From Zygnema circumcarinatum SAG 698-1b (Eukaryota > Plantae > Zygnematophyceae), in assembly GCA_037447605.1 (NCBI GenBank), contig CM074818.1:2306617-2370616 (forward strand): DNA of 64,000 nt. Reading direction: 5' to 3'. This document shows, one piece after another, positions 43,315 through 54,093 of the stretch; positions within the stretch are counted from its first letter, which is position 1, and each line of letters opens with the position of its first letter. The translations under genes were made by a program, and so were the position numbers. The notes beneath the pieces are model-generated. The model did no database searches. It was not told the origin of the DNA and worked only from the letters and a program-made list of their open reading frames with translations.

Positions 43315-44240
43315 TGGGACGGAGAGAGAGGAAGGGAGGTGCGAGAGAGAGAAGACCGATAAGGGATAGGAAGCCCTTCAAAGGCAAAGGGCTTGCTTGA
43401 TAAGGAAGGAGAGAGGCAAAGCGATAAGAGATACAGAGAGAGGGAGAGAGAGCGTGGGAGTGTGAGAGATAAGGTGAAGGGCTCCAGTGAGAGCATTCAG
43501 AGGGGCTGCTGAAGGAGGGGCCTTCGAACGTCCGAGTTGGAAAGTTGAGGTACGGAAAAAAGGGCCACAGCTTCTCCTTTTAGCGGCGGAGAAAAGCCGG
43601 CGGCGGCGCCAGGGAACGAGCGGCGGAGCTTGTCGCCTTGCGAGGGAAGCAGATCGTGTCACGGGGCAGGCACGTGCCCGCACGCGACGTGGACGGCAGC
43701 CAGAGCGCCTTTTGATTCTCATGTGATTTTGTCTCTAGCGCTCTGCGGAGATTGAGGGATGACCCGACGTTTCAGAATCTGACGATAGTTCGATACGGGT
43801 CACAATCGGATCTTCACTTCACGACAAAAAGGCCGCGGTCAATCCAAGCTAGGCGACAAAGAAGTGGAGGAGAGCATGAGCACTCCAGATATTTCGTACA
43901 GTGTCAATGACTGCCTCAATTGTCATACTGTATGTGGTCGGTGGGATTGACAGTACAGGTACCCCCCCCCAATATTTTCGCGCTATGGTTTCGGAAAATG
44001 TTTGTCGAAAATCTTGGAATTTGAAAATATAAGGAAGTCCATGTTAACAATCGGCGGGCGGTATTATGTTAGAGTCCTGCCTGTTTCACTCTGTACGGAG
44101 GCGCCTGGCCGCCCAGCGGGCCCTGTCGCGAGCTCCTATTAGTCCCGTACATTAAAAAATACGAGCACCTATTGGTGCCGTACATATTTCGTACAACTCA
44201 GATATTTTAACCATACTTATCGTACAGAGGAATAGTGTGA

Positions 44241-45230
44241 GGGAGCGATTATTTACAGTGTACAGTAGACCCCCCCAATATTTTCGCCATGGTTTCGGCA
44301 AATATTGGGCGAAAATATTGGGTAGCGAAAATATAAGGGTGCGTGTTAACAATAGGCGGGCAGTATTATATTAAAAAGTGGTTTTGGCAAATTCAGGGCG
44401 AAAATATTAGGGAGCGAAAATAAGAGGGGCGAAAATATTGGGGGGGTCTACTGTACTTTATTCTGAATGTAGTGTACGATTTCGCCGGGCAGCAAAAAAA
44501 GGTTTTTTTGGCGAAAAATGCTGTTTCACATTTTTCAGAATAGATACAGACCTTTTTTCGTCGGATGTACGGATGGTGATTTGAAATGTACGAAGCGCGC
44601 GCGTCTACAAGGTATAAGGGCGCAACACGTGGAGCAACATAATTGGTCACGACAGCATATGACGTGGCAAGTATGTTTGGGACCGTGACGTGACGAAACG
44701 AGACGCGAAAAAAGTGGAGTCCGCGGACGGCAGTCGGAAATGGCGGGAATAAAAACTGACAGATTTTTCCTGAAACACGCTACGTTATGTGCCCTATCTT
44801 TTTCTGTCAGTTTTAATTCCGGCCATTTCNNNNNNNNNNGGCCGGAATTAAAACTGACAGAAAAAGATAGGGCACATAACGTAGCGTGTTTCAGGAAAAA
44901 TCTGTCAGTTTTTATTCCCGCCATTTCCGACTGCCGTCCGCGGACTCCACTTTTGTCGCGTCTCGTTTCGTCACGTCACGGTCCCAAACATACTTGCCAC
45001 GTCATATGTTGCCGCGACCAATTATGTTGCTCCACGTGTTGCGCCCTAATACCTTGTAGACGCGCGCGCTTCGTACATTTCAAATCACCATCCGTACATC
45101 CGACGAAAAAAGGTCTGTATCTATTCTGAAAAATGTGAAACAGCATTTTTCGCCAAAAAAACCTTTTTTTGCTGCCCGAAGAAATCGTACACTACATTCA
45201 GAATACAGTACACTGTAAATAGTCGCCCCC
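44241..45230. mobile_element. Foldback (MULE-like) element with ~390 bp inverted arms and 8-bp TSD TAGTGTGA
   Basis: TAGTGTGA at 44233-44240 and 45231-45238; termini GGGAGCGATTATTTACAGTG / CACTGTAAATAGTCGCCCCC; arms mirror around the 10-N gap at 44830-44839 with scattered substitutions. Confidence 0.8.
44263..44453. mobile_element. 191-bp Tc1/mariner-pogo-type MITE with TA target duplication, inserted in the left arm of the foldback element
   Basis: TA|CAGTAGACCCCCCCAATATTTTCGCC ... GGCGAAAATATTGGGGGGGTCTACTG|TA, a perfect 26-bp TIR; the mirror arm has the empty site. Confidence 0.88.
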
Positions 45231-46699
45231 TAGTGTGACCCATGTTTCAAACCCGTTTAATTTAACTGATTCTGTATTGAAAAATAGGTCAGGTTAGGTT
45301 AACACCCTTAACACAAATTTACCGTACTAAAAGTGGTTTCCTCAAAATCAGGCGAATTTCCGGGGAACCGCAAGTACTAACTAGGGTGGAAAATATTAGG
45401 GGGAGGGCACTGTGTTTGGTTTTGGGAAGTACGCCGTATCATCTGTGTACAATTGAATTGGAATTTTTGCTCCGGAAAATGCGGGCCCACGTGGAGAAAT
45501 CTGAAAAATGATCAGATAACAACAAAGATACTGTACGGAACAGTCATTGAGTAAAGACTGCAGAACCGTAGATTCGGATAGGATACGAACAGATCCGATT
45601 CCGGGTCCAGATCAGATATTATTGCACAAATGACAAATTGACCTGACGAGGAACAATCCCACTCACCGACCGAATCTCAAATGGTCCCAGGAAGATTTTC
45701 CCACATGGCAACGTAAATGGAACAATCATTTTCCTGCTCCCTTCAGAAAAATCACGGCAAAAAGCCCCCTCTCCTACAACTGTGACGTCACCTACCAAGA
45801 TCCCAAGCCTCCTGGTCCCCACACTCCGCCCGATATCACGTGACACTGACGTCAGCTAGCAGGTGCCGCCTCGCGCAGCCACGTGGCCCCAGAACGTCAA
45901 CCTGTACCGCAGCGGATCCTGGCGGCGTGACGGCGTAATTGGCGGCATGTCCGCCACGTGGCGGTCATGATGGCGCAGCGCGCAGTGACGGCGGGGCAGA
46001 TAGGCTGCTGCCGCTTTCACAGCGGACTCACCGCACAGGGACGGCGGAGGGGGGGGAGGGGAGGGGAGGAAGGGGGGAGGGAGTAGCGGTAGGCGGAGCC
46101 GAGAGCATCTGAATGGGGTCGGAAGAGGAAGGGAGACGGACATGGCGGTGAGTAAGGGGGCGAGAACGAGAAGCAGGACATTAGCTTAGAGAGAATAGAA
46201 ATGGAGGGGAAGGGGAGGGGAGAACGAGGGGGAAGATAAATTGAAGAGGGAGGGAACGTGGGCATGGAAGGATAGTAGCAAGGAGCAGGGTAGGAAGGTA
46301 TAAAACGTGGGAAAAGAAAAGTGTGACAGTTTTGTTTTCGTAGTGGCATTTTTTGCTGCTGGTACTGGCTAAGTAAATTAGAGAGACACTACGTGAAAGT
46401 GTCGATTTTAATTCAGCAACCATTTCAAGAACATTTGCAATAGGAAAATTGGAAAGCAGTTGGATGTATACATTGCCATAGCCATCAGAGTCATCAAAAT
46501 TGGCTGCAAACAAAACTGGCTCCCCCCCACCCTACCCCGCGTCCCCTCCCCGCCCTCACTTTGTATGTACGATGTATGTATGTGTGTGCCTCTGCCAGCA
46601 TCCTCCCCCTCCCTCCCTCACTGCCCCTCCCCTACTCTTCGCTCCGTACAAACCTACAGCGCTCTCTCTGCCGACGCTTCTACGAGCGCATGGAAGGTC

Positions 46700-47615
46700 C
46701 TAGACTAAAATGATGGCGTTGACAGCAGCGGCCGCCGGGGTGATGTACTTTGTGGGGAGGTTGTAGAAGTAGTAGTTGTTGGCGATGTTCTGTCCTGCCG
46801 GGGTCTGCACACCCGCGAGTTAAGACAGGGAAATTAGGTCGCGGGAAAGGAAATCCTTAGAGTAATTCAACAGAGCTCATGAACAACAAATCAAAGTATG
46901 AATCAACCCTTGGAGTGTCCGGTAAAAGGGTTCAGCGATCGTACCAGGATGTAAGAGCCAAAGCCCTTCACTTTTACTCCAATCGCTTTGGGGTACTTCG
47001 TCTTGAAGAAAGCGTACGCAAACGAGGAGATGGGAGGGGTCGTAGGGCCGGGCTTGAAGAGGAGGTTGATGCCCGCCCAGCTGGCAGTGTTCTTTGGAGG
47101 CTGCGGGAGGGCGGCGTAGACGTCGGCAAAAGGAGGCTTGGACGCGCCGACGGGAAGTTTGGCCTTGTTCGTAAGAAGGATCTCCGGAAGACCGTACTTG
47201 GTGGCTCCGACTCCTGACTGGAAACCGCAGAACAGGAACCAACCACTTCAGTAATCCAAGTTCCAAACGGTGCAAGGCTTCCAGAAAAAGTCCGAGAGAG
47301 GAAGGGGGGAGTGGGAGACAAAGTGAGGGAGGGGCGCTACCTGAAGGAACCCAAAGCTTCCAGGCGTCTTCTTGATCGTTTCCGCCACTAGGCTCGCACC
47401 CTTTACATAGATAGCCTTAGGTGCTCCGAAATTGAACGGCCCCTCGCCGACCAGGGTTGACGGCCACTTCGATAGGAGAGCCGCCTGGAAGTGGGCCAAA
47501 AACGAGGGAATTACGAAGGCGCGTGCTCGCACTCGATCCTCGACTAGTAAGTAACTCGAGGGAGAGAGAGAGGGGGGGAGGGAGAGAGGGAGGGGACGAA
47601 AGTGGGAGGGAGAGA

Positions 47616-47649
<34 letters not shown>

Positions 47650-48453
47650 TAGAGAGTGAGGGAGACAGGAGATGAAGCGTACCCGGAGGTACCCTGTGAC
47701 GAGCGCAGTGATGGCGGCGTCGTCCGATCGTCCGACGAAGGTGATGGGCCCCTTGAGGCCCGACCCCTTGACGGCGTCCCACGTCTTGATGGACCCGCGC
47801 AGGATGGCGCTGACTTGGGCGGGCGTGAGCGCGAACTTCGCCGGCGTTGCGGACGAGCTGAAGGCCGACACCGTCAGAATGGCCTGCGCCCAGAACCAAA
47901 AAAAAAAAAAAACAACAACCGCATAACCCAAATTCGCAATCAAAATCACAGCACATTGCAAAAACAAGAAGAAAGAAAAAGAAGACAAAATGAAAGGCAT
48001 GCAGGAGCAAAGGCGGGAAACCGTACGAAAGGGATGGTGAGTTTCGCGAAGCCTTTCTCCTCCTTGGAAGAGAACGGTCGGATGGAGGCAGCAATCTGAT
48101 AGGTTCCAGACTTGAGCCCCTGGATTCCAGCTGCAGCAAACAAACCCCAAAGCCACAAACCCTCTCGAAACCGGCATTCTAAAAATAGCTGGAATTAAGA
48201 GATTTAAATGGTCTCTGCTGCCCCTCTTTTTTCGACAGAGAGTCAATTTGATGGAGGCCTGACCGGCCGAGTTGACGCTCTCGTAGTCCGCGGGGATGTC
48301 CGAGCTCGTGGCCGCATTGTACGCCGCGATGAGCGCCTGCACGTACGGCGCGATGGTGGAGGACCCGCCGGAGAAGGCCGCGCGCGCTGAAGGGAGCGGC
48401 GCTAAGGAGAGGGCGAGGAGAGGGAGGAGGAGGAGGACGCGGAGGGCAGCCAT
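46700..48453 (-). CDS. Secreted PstS-family (periplasmic phosphate-binding protein fold) protein, copy 1, 338 aa; exons 48453-48264, 48130-48027, 47883-47683, 47484-47341, 47217-46945, 46804-46700
   Basis: Signal peptide MAALRVLLLLPLLALSLAPLPSARA, then collinear PstS-like blocks: FSGGSSTIAP, DYESVNSAAGIQGLKSG, QIAASIRPF, LTPAQVSAILRGSIKTWD, ITFVGRSDD, KGASLVAETIKKTPGSFGFL, PPISSFAY, GQNIANNYYFYNLP; all five introns are GT-AG and in phase. Confidence 0.85.
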
Positions 48454-50563
48454 GGCGGCGGCGGAGGGAGAAGGAGAAAGGAGAGAGGAGGCTGCAGGGA
48501 GGGTGGGAGAGAGGAGAGAGGAGGCGGCGGTAGGGCCGGAGGGAGGAGCTCGAGCTGCTGCTGCCTGTCCCGCTCACTCCCTCTCCGGCCGCAGGCCCAC
48601 CCTTTGTAGCTATGCCGCCGCCGCCGCCAGGCCTGTTCGAGGGGAATGCATCTGGACGCTCAACGCTCAACGGCGGAACTTGTCTTTTTGTGGTCGCCGC
48701 CAACGGGCCCCATTCTTGGGGGATGCACTTGGACAGTGTACGGCGAATCTGCGCTTCTTGCGGCAGCCATGGACACTACTTCTGACGACAAATGGAAGGG
48801 CTTACTTTTTGTCGCTCTCGGTAAAAGTGACAAATCTTGCCGTTTATTCTCGTGACGCTTTTTGCAGCGGCGCATCCGAGTGGCGGCGCCGCTTGTCGTA
48901 TAGGTATTCAATGCCAAACGAGCGAGTTCGCCATTGTCGTTTCTGAATTGGCGGGGGCCTCATACTTTGTCGTATTAGAACAACGCGACAGCGCAAACTT
49001 GTGAGCTTCGAGCGACAGTGACCGTCGCTTTTGTCATTTTTTGATGTACCAAGCGTTGGGGAAGGACAATGGTTGGCATATTATTTGAAAACCCGGTTCG
49101 ACATAATCAACACTAGGCTGAAATGGCGACCGTACGGGAGAACCGTACTTACAGTACAACTCATATGGCAGAGACGTACAGTACACGAGATTTTGAAAGG
49201 GAGACTGATAGACCCACCCCCCTTTTGGATATCCCGGCCCCTTGATTTTTTTTTTGAGGGCCAAAAATATGTTAGGTCCTGCCCGAATCCGCTCGAGCGG
49301 AAGGTCCGTCCGAGTCGCACGAGCGAGTGCGCGCGTCCTTCACACTTGGGTTGAATCTCCGCCGTCGATTCTATCACAGTTGCACCACGACAGCCGTTCG
49401 ATCTGCAGCCAGGCTCGGCCCCAACGACTGGCACGGGCCCACGTGTCCCCCGGTATGACGGTCAGACGGCGATTTCGCGGACGGCACGCGGCGGCGCTTG
49501 GACGCATCCGTACGGATATTGGTAACCGAATCGGGTTTGTACAAACCTGGTACAGTCACAGCTTCCAAGAAAGGCGGAATATTGTTTTACGAAATTGAGG
49601 GCCTGGACCAATCACAATTTGCTACGTCATAAAAAAGAACACGTGGCAGATGGTGATTAGGTGCCAGTTTTACGATAGCTGCTGGTCCAGCACTTTGTTT
49701 TGCGATCTCAGCCCGAGGGACGCGCGCACCTGCACGTGCGAGATGGACGGATCTTCCGCTCCGAGCAGATTCGGGCAGGCCCTAACATATTTTTGTTCCT
49801 CAAAAACAATCCGGGGGCGGGATATCTGGAATGGGGGGAGAGCCTATCATTTTCCTTTATAAAACGGCCTGACTTTTAAAATTTTCGATTGGAATTAGAT
49901 ACACGACACTGCGTTATCATATCCATACTGAACTTTACGAGCCAAGGCGGTAGTACGGCCAGAGGGGGTTGTCCAGCTACTGTCAATTTCGAAACGACAA
50001 GGCAACGGTCGTTTTCTCGCTAAGCTCACAATGTTGCGCTGACTCGATGTCAACGTGCAGCAGATACGACACAATTAACGGTTCAGGTGCGACAAAGTCA
50101 ATCTTTCCGTTACTGGGTACACGACAAAAAGGAACTTGCTTATTTGGCATAGTCTGACACACGCAACAAAAAGCACCGTCACTCGAATGTGCCGCCGCAA
50201 AAAGCGACTCGAGACCCGGTGGGTTGTTTGACCCCTTTGAAGAAAGCGACAAATTTGCAGAACACTGTTGAATGGCGGCCGCAGGAAGATGCGTCCCCCC
50301 GAGAATGGGCCCGTTGGCGGCGACCACAAAAAGACAAGTTCCGCCGTTGAGCGTTGAGCGTCCAGATGCATTCCCCCCGAACAGGCCTGGCGGCGGCGGC
50401 GGCATAGCTACAAAGGGTGGGCCTGCGGCCGGAGAGGGAGTGAGCGGGACAAGCAGCAGCAGCTCGAGCTCCTCCCTCCGGCCCTACCGCCGCCTCCTCT
50501 CTCCTCTCTCCCACCCTCCCTGCAGCCTCCTCTCTCCTTTCTCCTTCTCCCTCCGCCGCCGCC

Positions 50564-51369
50564 ATGGCTGCCCTCCGCGTCCTCCTCCTCCTCCCTCTCC
50601 TCGCCCTCTCCTTAGCGCCGCTCCCTTCAGCGCGCGCGGCCTTCTCCGGCGGGTCCTCCACCATCGCGCCGTACGTGCAGGCGCTCATCGCGGCGTACAA
50701 TGCGGCCACGAGCTCGGACATCCCCGCGGACTACGAGAGCGTCAACTCGGCCGGTCAGGCCTCCATCAAATTGACTCTCTGTCGAAAAAAGAGGGGCAGC
50801 AGAGACCATTTAAATCTCTTAATTCCAGCTATTTTTAGAATGCCGGTTTCGAGAGGGTTTGTGGCTTTGGGGTTTGTTTGCTGCAGCTGGAATCCAGGGG
50901 CTCAAGTCTGGAACCTATCAGATTGCTGCCTCCATCCGACCGTTCTCTTCCAAGGAGGAGAAAGGCTTCGCGAAACTCACCATCCCTTTCGTACGGTTTC
51001 CCGCCTTTGCTCCTGCATGCCTTTCATTTTGTCTTCTTTTTCTTTCTTCTTGTTTTTGCAATGTGCTGTGATTTTGATTGCGAATTTGGGTTATGCGGTT
51101 GTTGTTTTTTTTTTTTTTTTTGGTTCTGGGCGCAGGCCATTCTGACGGTGTCGGCCTTCAGCTCGTCCGCAACGCCGGCGAAGTTCGCGCTCACGCCCGC
51201 CCAAGTCAGCGCCATCCTGCGCGGGTCCATCAAGACGTGGGACGCCGTCAAGGGGTCGGGCCTCAAGGGGCCCATCACCTTCGTCGGACGATCGGACGAC
51301 GCCGCCATCACTGCGCTCGTCACAGGGTACCTCCGGGTACGCTTCATCTCCTGTCTCCCTCACTCTCTA

Positions 51370-51403
<34 letters not shown>

Positions 51404-52318
51404 TCTCTCCCTCCCACTTTCGTCCCCTCCCTCTCTCCCTCCCCCCTCTCTCTCTCCCTCGAGTTACTTACTAGTCGAGGATCGAGTGCGAGCACGCGCC
51501 TTCGTAATTCCCTCGTTTTTGGCCCACTTCCAGGCGGCTCTCCTATCGAAGTGGCCGTCAACCCTGGTCGGCGAGGGGCCGTTCAATTTCGGAGCACCTA
51601 AGGCTATCTATGTAAAGGGTGCGAGCCTAGTGGCGGAAACGATCAAGAAGACGCCTGGAAGCTTTGGGTTCCTTCAGGTAGCGCCCCTCCCTCACTTTGT
51701 CTCCCACTCCCCCCTTCCTCTCTCGGACTTTTTCTGGAAGCCTTGCACCGTTTGGAACTTGGATTACTGAAGTGGTTGGTTCCTGTTCTGCGGTTTCCAG
51801 TCAGGAGTCGGAGCCACCAAGTACGGTCTTCCGGAGATCCTTCTTACGAACAAGGCCAAACTTCCCGTCGGCGCGTCCAAGCCTCCTTTTGCCGACGTCT
51901 ACGCCGCCCTCCCGCAGCCTCCAAAGAACACTGCCAGCTGGGCGGGCATCAACCTCCTCTTCAAGCCCGGCCCTACGACCCCTCCCATCTCCTCGTTTGC
52001 GTACGCTTTCTTCAAGACGAAGTACCCCAAAGCGATTGGAGTAAAAGTGAAGGGCTTTGGCTCTTACATCCTGGTACGATCGCTGAACCCTTTTACCGGA
52101 CACTCCAAGGGTTGATTCATACTTTGATTTGTTGTTCATGAGCTCTGTTGAATTACTCTAAGGATTTCCTTTCCCGCGACCTAATTTCCCTGTCTTAACT
52201 CGCGGGTGTGCAGACCCCGGCAGGACAGAACATCGCCAACAACTACTACTTCTACAACCTCCCCACAAAGTACATCACCCCGGCGGCCGCTGCTGTCAAC
52301 GCCATCATTTTAGTCTAG
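50564..52318 (+). CDS. Secreted PstS-family protein, copy 2, 338 aa; exons 50564-50753, 50887-50990, 51136-51336, 51534-51677, 51801-52073, 52214-52318
   Basis: Reverse-complement copy of 46700-48453; exon lengths 190+104+201+144+273+105 = 1017 nt; no coding differences seen by eye. Confidence 0.85.
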
Positions 52319-54093
52319 GACCTTCCATGCGCTCGTAGAAGCGTCGGCAGAGAGAGCGCTGTAGGTTTGTACGGAGCGAAGAGTAGGGGAGGGGCAGTGA
52401 GGGAGGGGGTGTGAGTGGGCTCTGCGGCGGAGGATGCTGGGGGAGGCACACACATACCAAACATCGTACATACAAAGTGAGGGCTGGGAGGGGACGCGGG
52501 GTAGGGTGGGGGGGGAGCCAGTTTTGTTTGCAGCCAATTTTGATGATTCTGATGGCTATGGCAATGTATACATCCAACTGCTTTCCAATTTTCCTATTGC
52601 AAATGTTCTTGAAACTATGGCGTTGACTCCTCTCCCCTTGGCAGCCCCACCTCTTGCGCATGAAAGTCTCCTTGTCCCGTTTCAGCCATGGCTCCGTGTC
52701 CTTCGCCCACGCAGCTTTGCCTCCACAGTAGCACCGGCGGCAAGCTGCACAGGCGCCTTTTCTATACCACTATCTACTGGTCAGAGGTTCTCTTCGTCAT
52801 AAAGTTGCTAACATTGAATCGTCCAGTCATGCAAGTTCATCCCACCAAACTGTCTTAACGCATTGGATGTTTGCGTGGGCGCACAACCTATTGAGAGGGA
52901 AGGCGTAGATATTGCAAGAGCAAGCTGAGGGAGGAAGAAGGATGACACAAAGGAAAAATTGTTTAGTCAGTGAGGTGATTTTGCAATGTCGTAAGTTTCC
53001 TAAAATACATTGATCTCGAGCTAAGCGACAGGAAATAGTGGAAACACAAGTACGATCTAGCCTGGGCAGGGGCGGCGAGGAGTAAAGCATATGGCTGCAA
53101 AAGACACAAGAAGAAGAGTTGGAAAAAAACAAAGAATGTATACGACAACTTATTGTCTTATGTGTTGTGCTTCTATCTTCCTCTACCTCTATCTCTGTAC
53201 CTCTCTTCCTCTCTACCTTTCCATCTACCTTGTCCTCGTCCATCTTCGAGTTTTCATGGCGCCCTTCACCGGGAGGGCCGACCGTCCCAGACGAGTAGAG
53301 GCGGCGCTGCCTGCAGAGGCTCCATGCGCACTGTTCACGCAGTTCTATGGGAATTTCCCAGTTCCAGGAAACTACATGGATCTGCTGCCTGACCCGATAT
53401 TTCGATACATTACTCTACCGTAGCGTATCGGGATGTCAACTTGGCGTTCCGTGTGACAGGTTGTCGTGTCGTCCTGCAGATCTCCCACACCAACGTGGCT
53501 TTCGATTAGTGTGCCACGTGGAGTTCTAAAGACCGCAGGATACTGTTCGAACTGAATTTAGAAAAATTAAATTGCCACGTCGGCAGAATGAGCCACGTGA
53601 CGTGTCGCCGTTGGCTGGAATCTTGTGCCCTTTGAAGCTCCATGCGTGGAATGACCTGGGCCTGAACGTCTGTGAGAAGGGCTCAAACAAGGTAATTTGG
53701 TTTCATTTATTTTATTTTATTTGAATCGAAAGGTGAGGAATATTGAAATACTGTCACTCATCCATTTGCATGATTTATGGAATTTCTCAGTCTTTTTTTT
53801 CTTTCTTAAAAGAGCTTTTTTTCTTAACTCGGCCGGCCGAGTTGGGCCCAACTCTGTGCTTGCATCAAAGTTAGATTTGGGCCTAAAGCTGAAGTAGGGG
53901 GCCAGCTCCGTCAAAGGTTCGACCGGAATGTTGTAAAAAATTAACAAAGCTTAAGGCAAAAAATATTCTTATAAGCCTATTTAAAGGGTGGACTGAGCCT
54001 CCCCAAAAGGCATATAAGCCTATATCTTCTTTATACAACTTTTTTTAAGGTGGGTTGTTTTAGATTTAGATTTCAAATGTGGGTTCTCTGTGA

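Larger units (their letters stand above)
43956..45412. mobile_element. Degenerate outer MITE-like element (Tc1/mariner-pogo-type termini CAG...CCCCC(C)AATATTTTC), disrupted by the foldback insertion
   Basis: The left end TA|CAGGTACCCCCCCCCAATATTTTC and right end GAAAATATTAGGGGGAGGGCACTG are imperfect inverted repeats; 43956-44075 resembles 44263-44375. Confidence 0.5.
46420..52616. repeat. ~6.2 kb imperfect palindrome: near-identical arms ~46420-48710 and ~50300-52616, with degenerate inverted homology continuing into the spacer
   Basis: Coordinate sums of mirrored positions are 99017-99019 across the genes; there are no N gaps; small indels and SNPs occur in the UTRs. Confidence 0.93.

Noticed and set aside
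44460-45210. Palindrome centred on an N gap as a pure assembly artefact
   Set aside because: The arms differ by several substitutions, only one arm has the MITE, and an exact 8-bp TSD flanks the whole element
49227-49234. P1BS (GNATATNC) as evidence for phosphate-starvation control of the PstS-like genes
   Set aside because: There is only one perfect match in a 2.1-kb spacer, about what chance predicts for six fixed bases; it is not evidence by itself
50564-50700. Possible DING protein gene (PstS-superfamily proteins reported from eukaryotes)
   Set aside because: The predicted mature N-terminus is AFSGGSSTIAP, not DINGGG; it is the same superfamily at most
46700-52318. Bacterial contamination as the source of the PstS-like genes
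   Set aside because: Each copy has five in-phase spliceosomal introns with the host's CT-tract style, a eukaryotic signal peptide, and gap-free continuity with neighbouring host sequence
52434-53529. Short ORFs downstream of PstS-like copy 2 (e.g. 52434-52802, 53091-53423, 52827-53243)
   Set aside because: No recognisable motifs and no consistent exon chain could be built; I cannot support a gene, though one cannot be excluded
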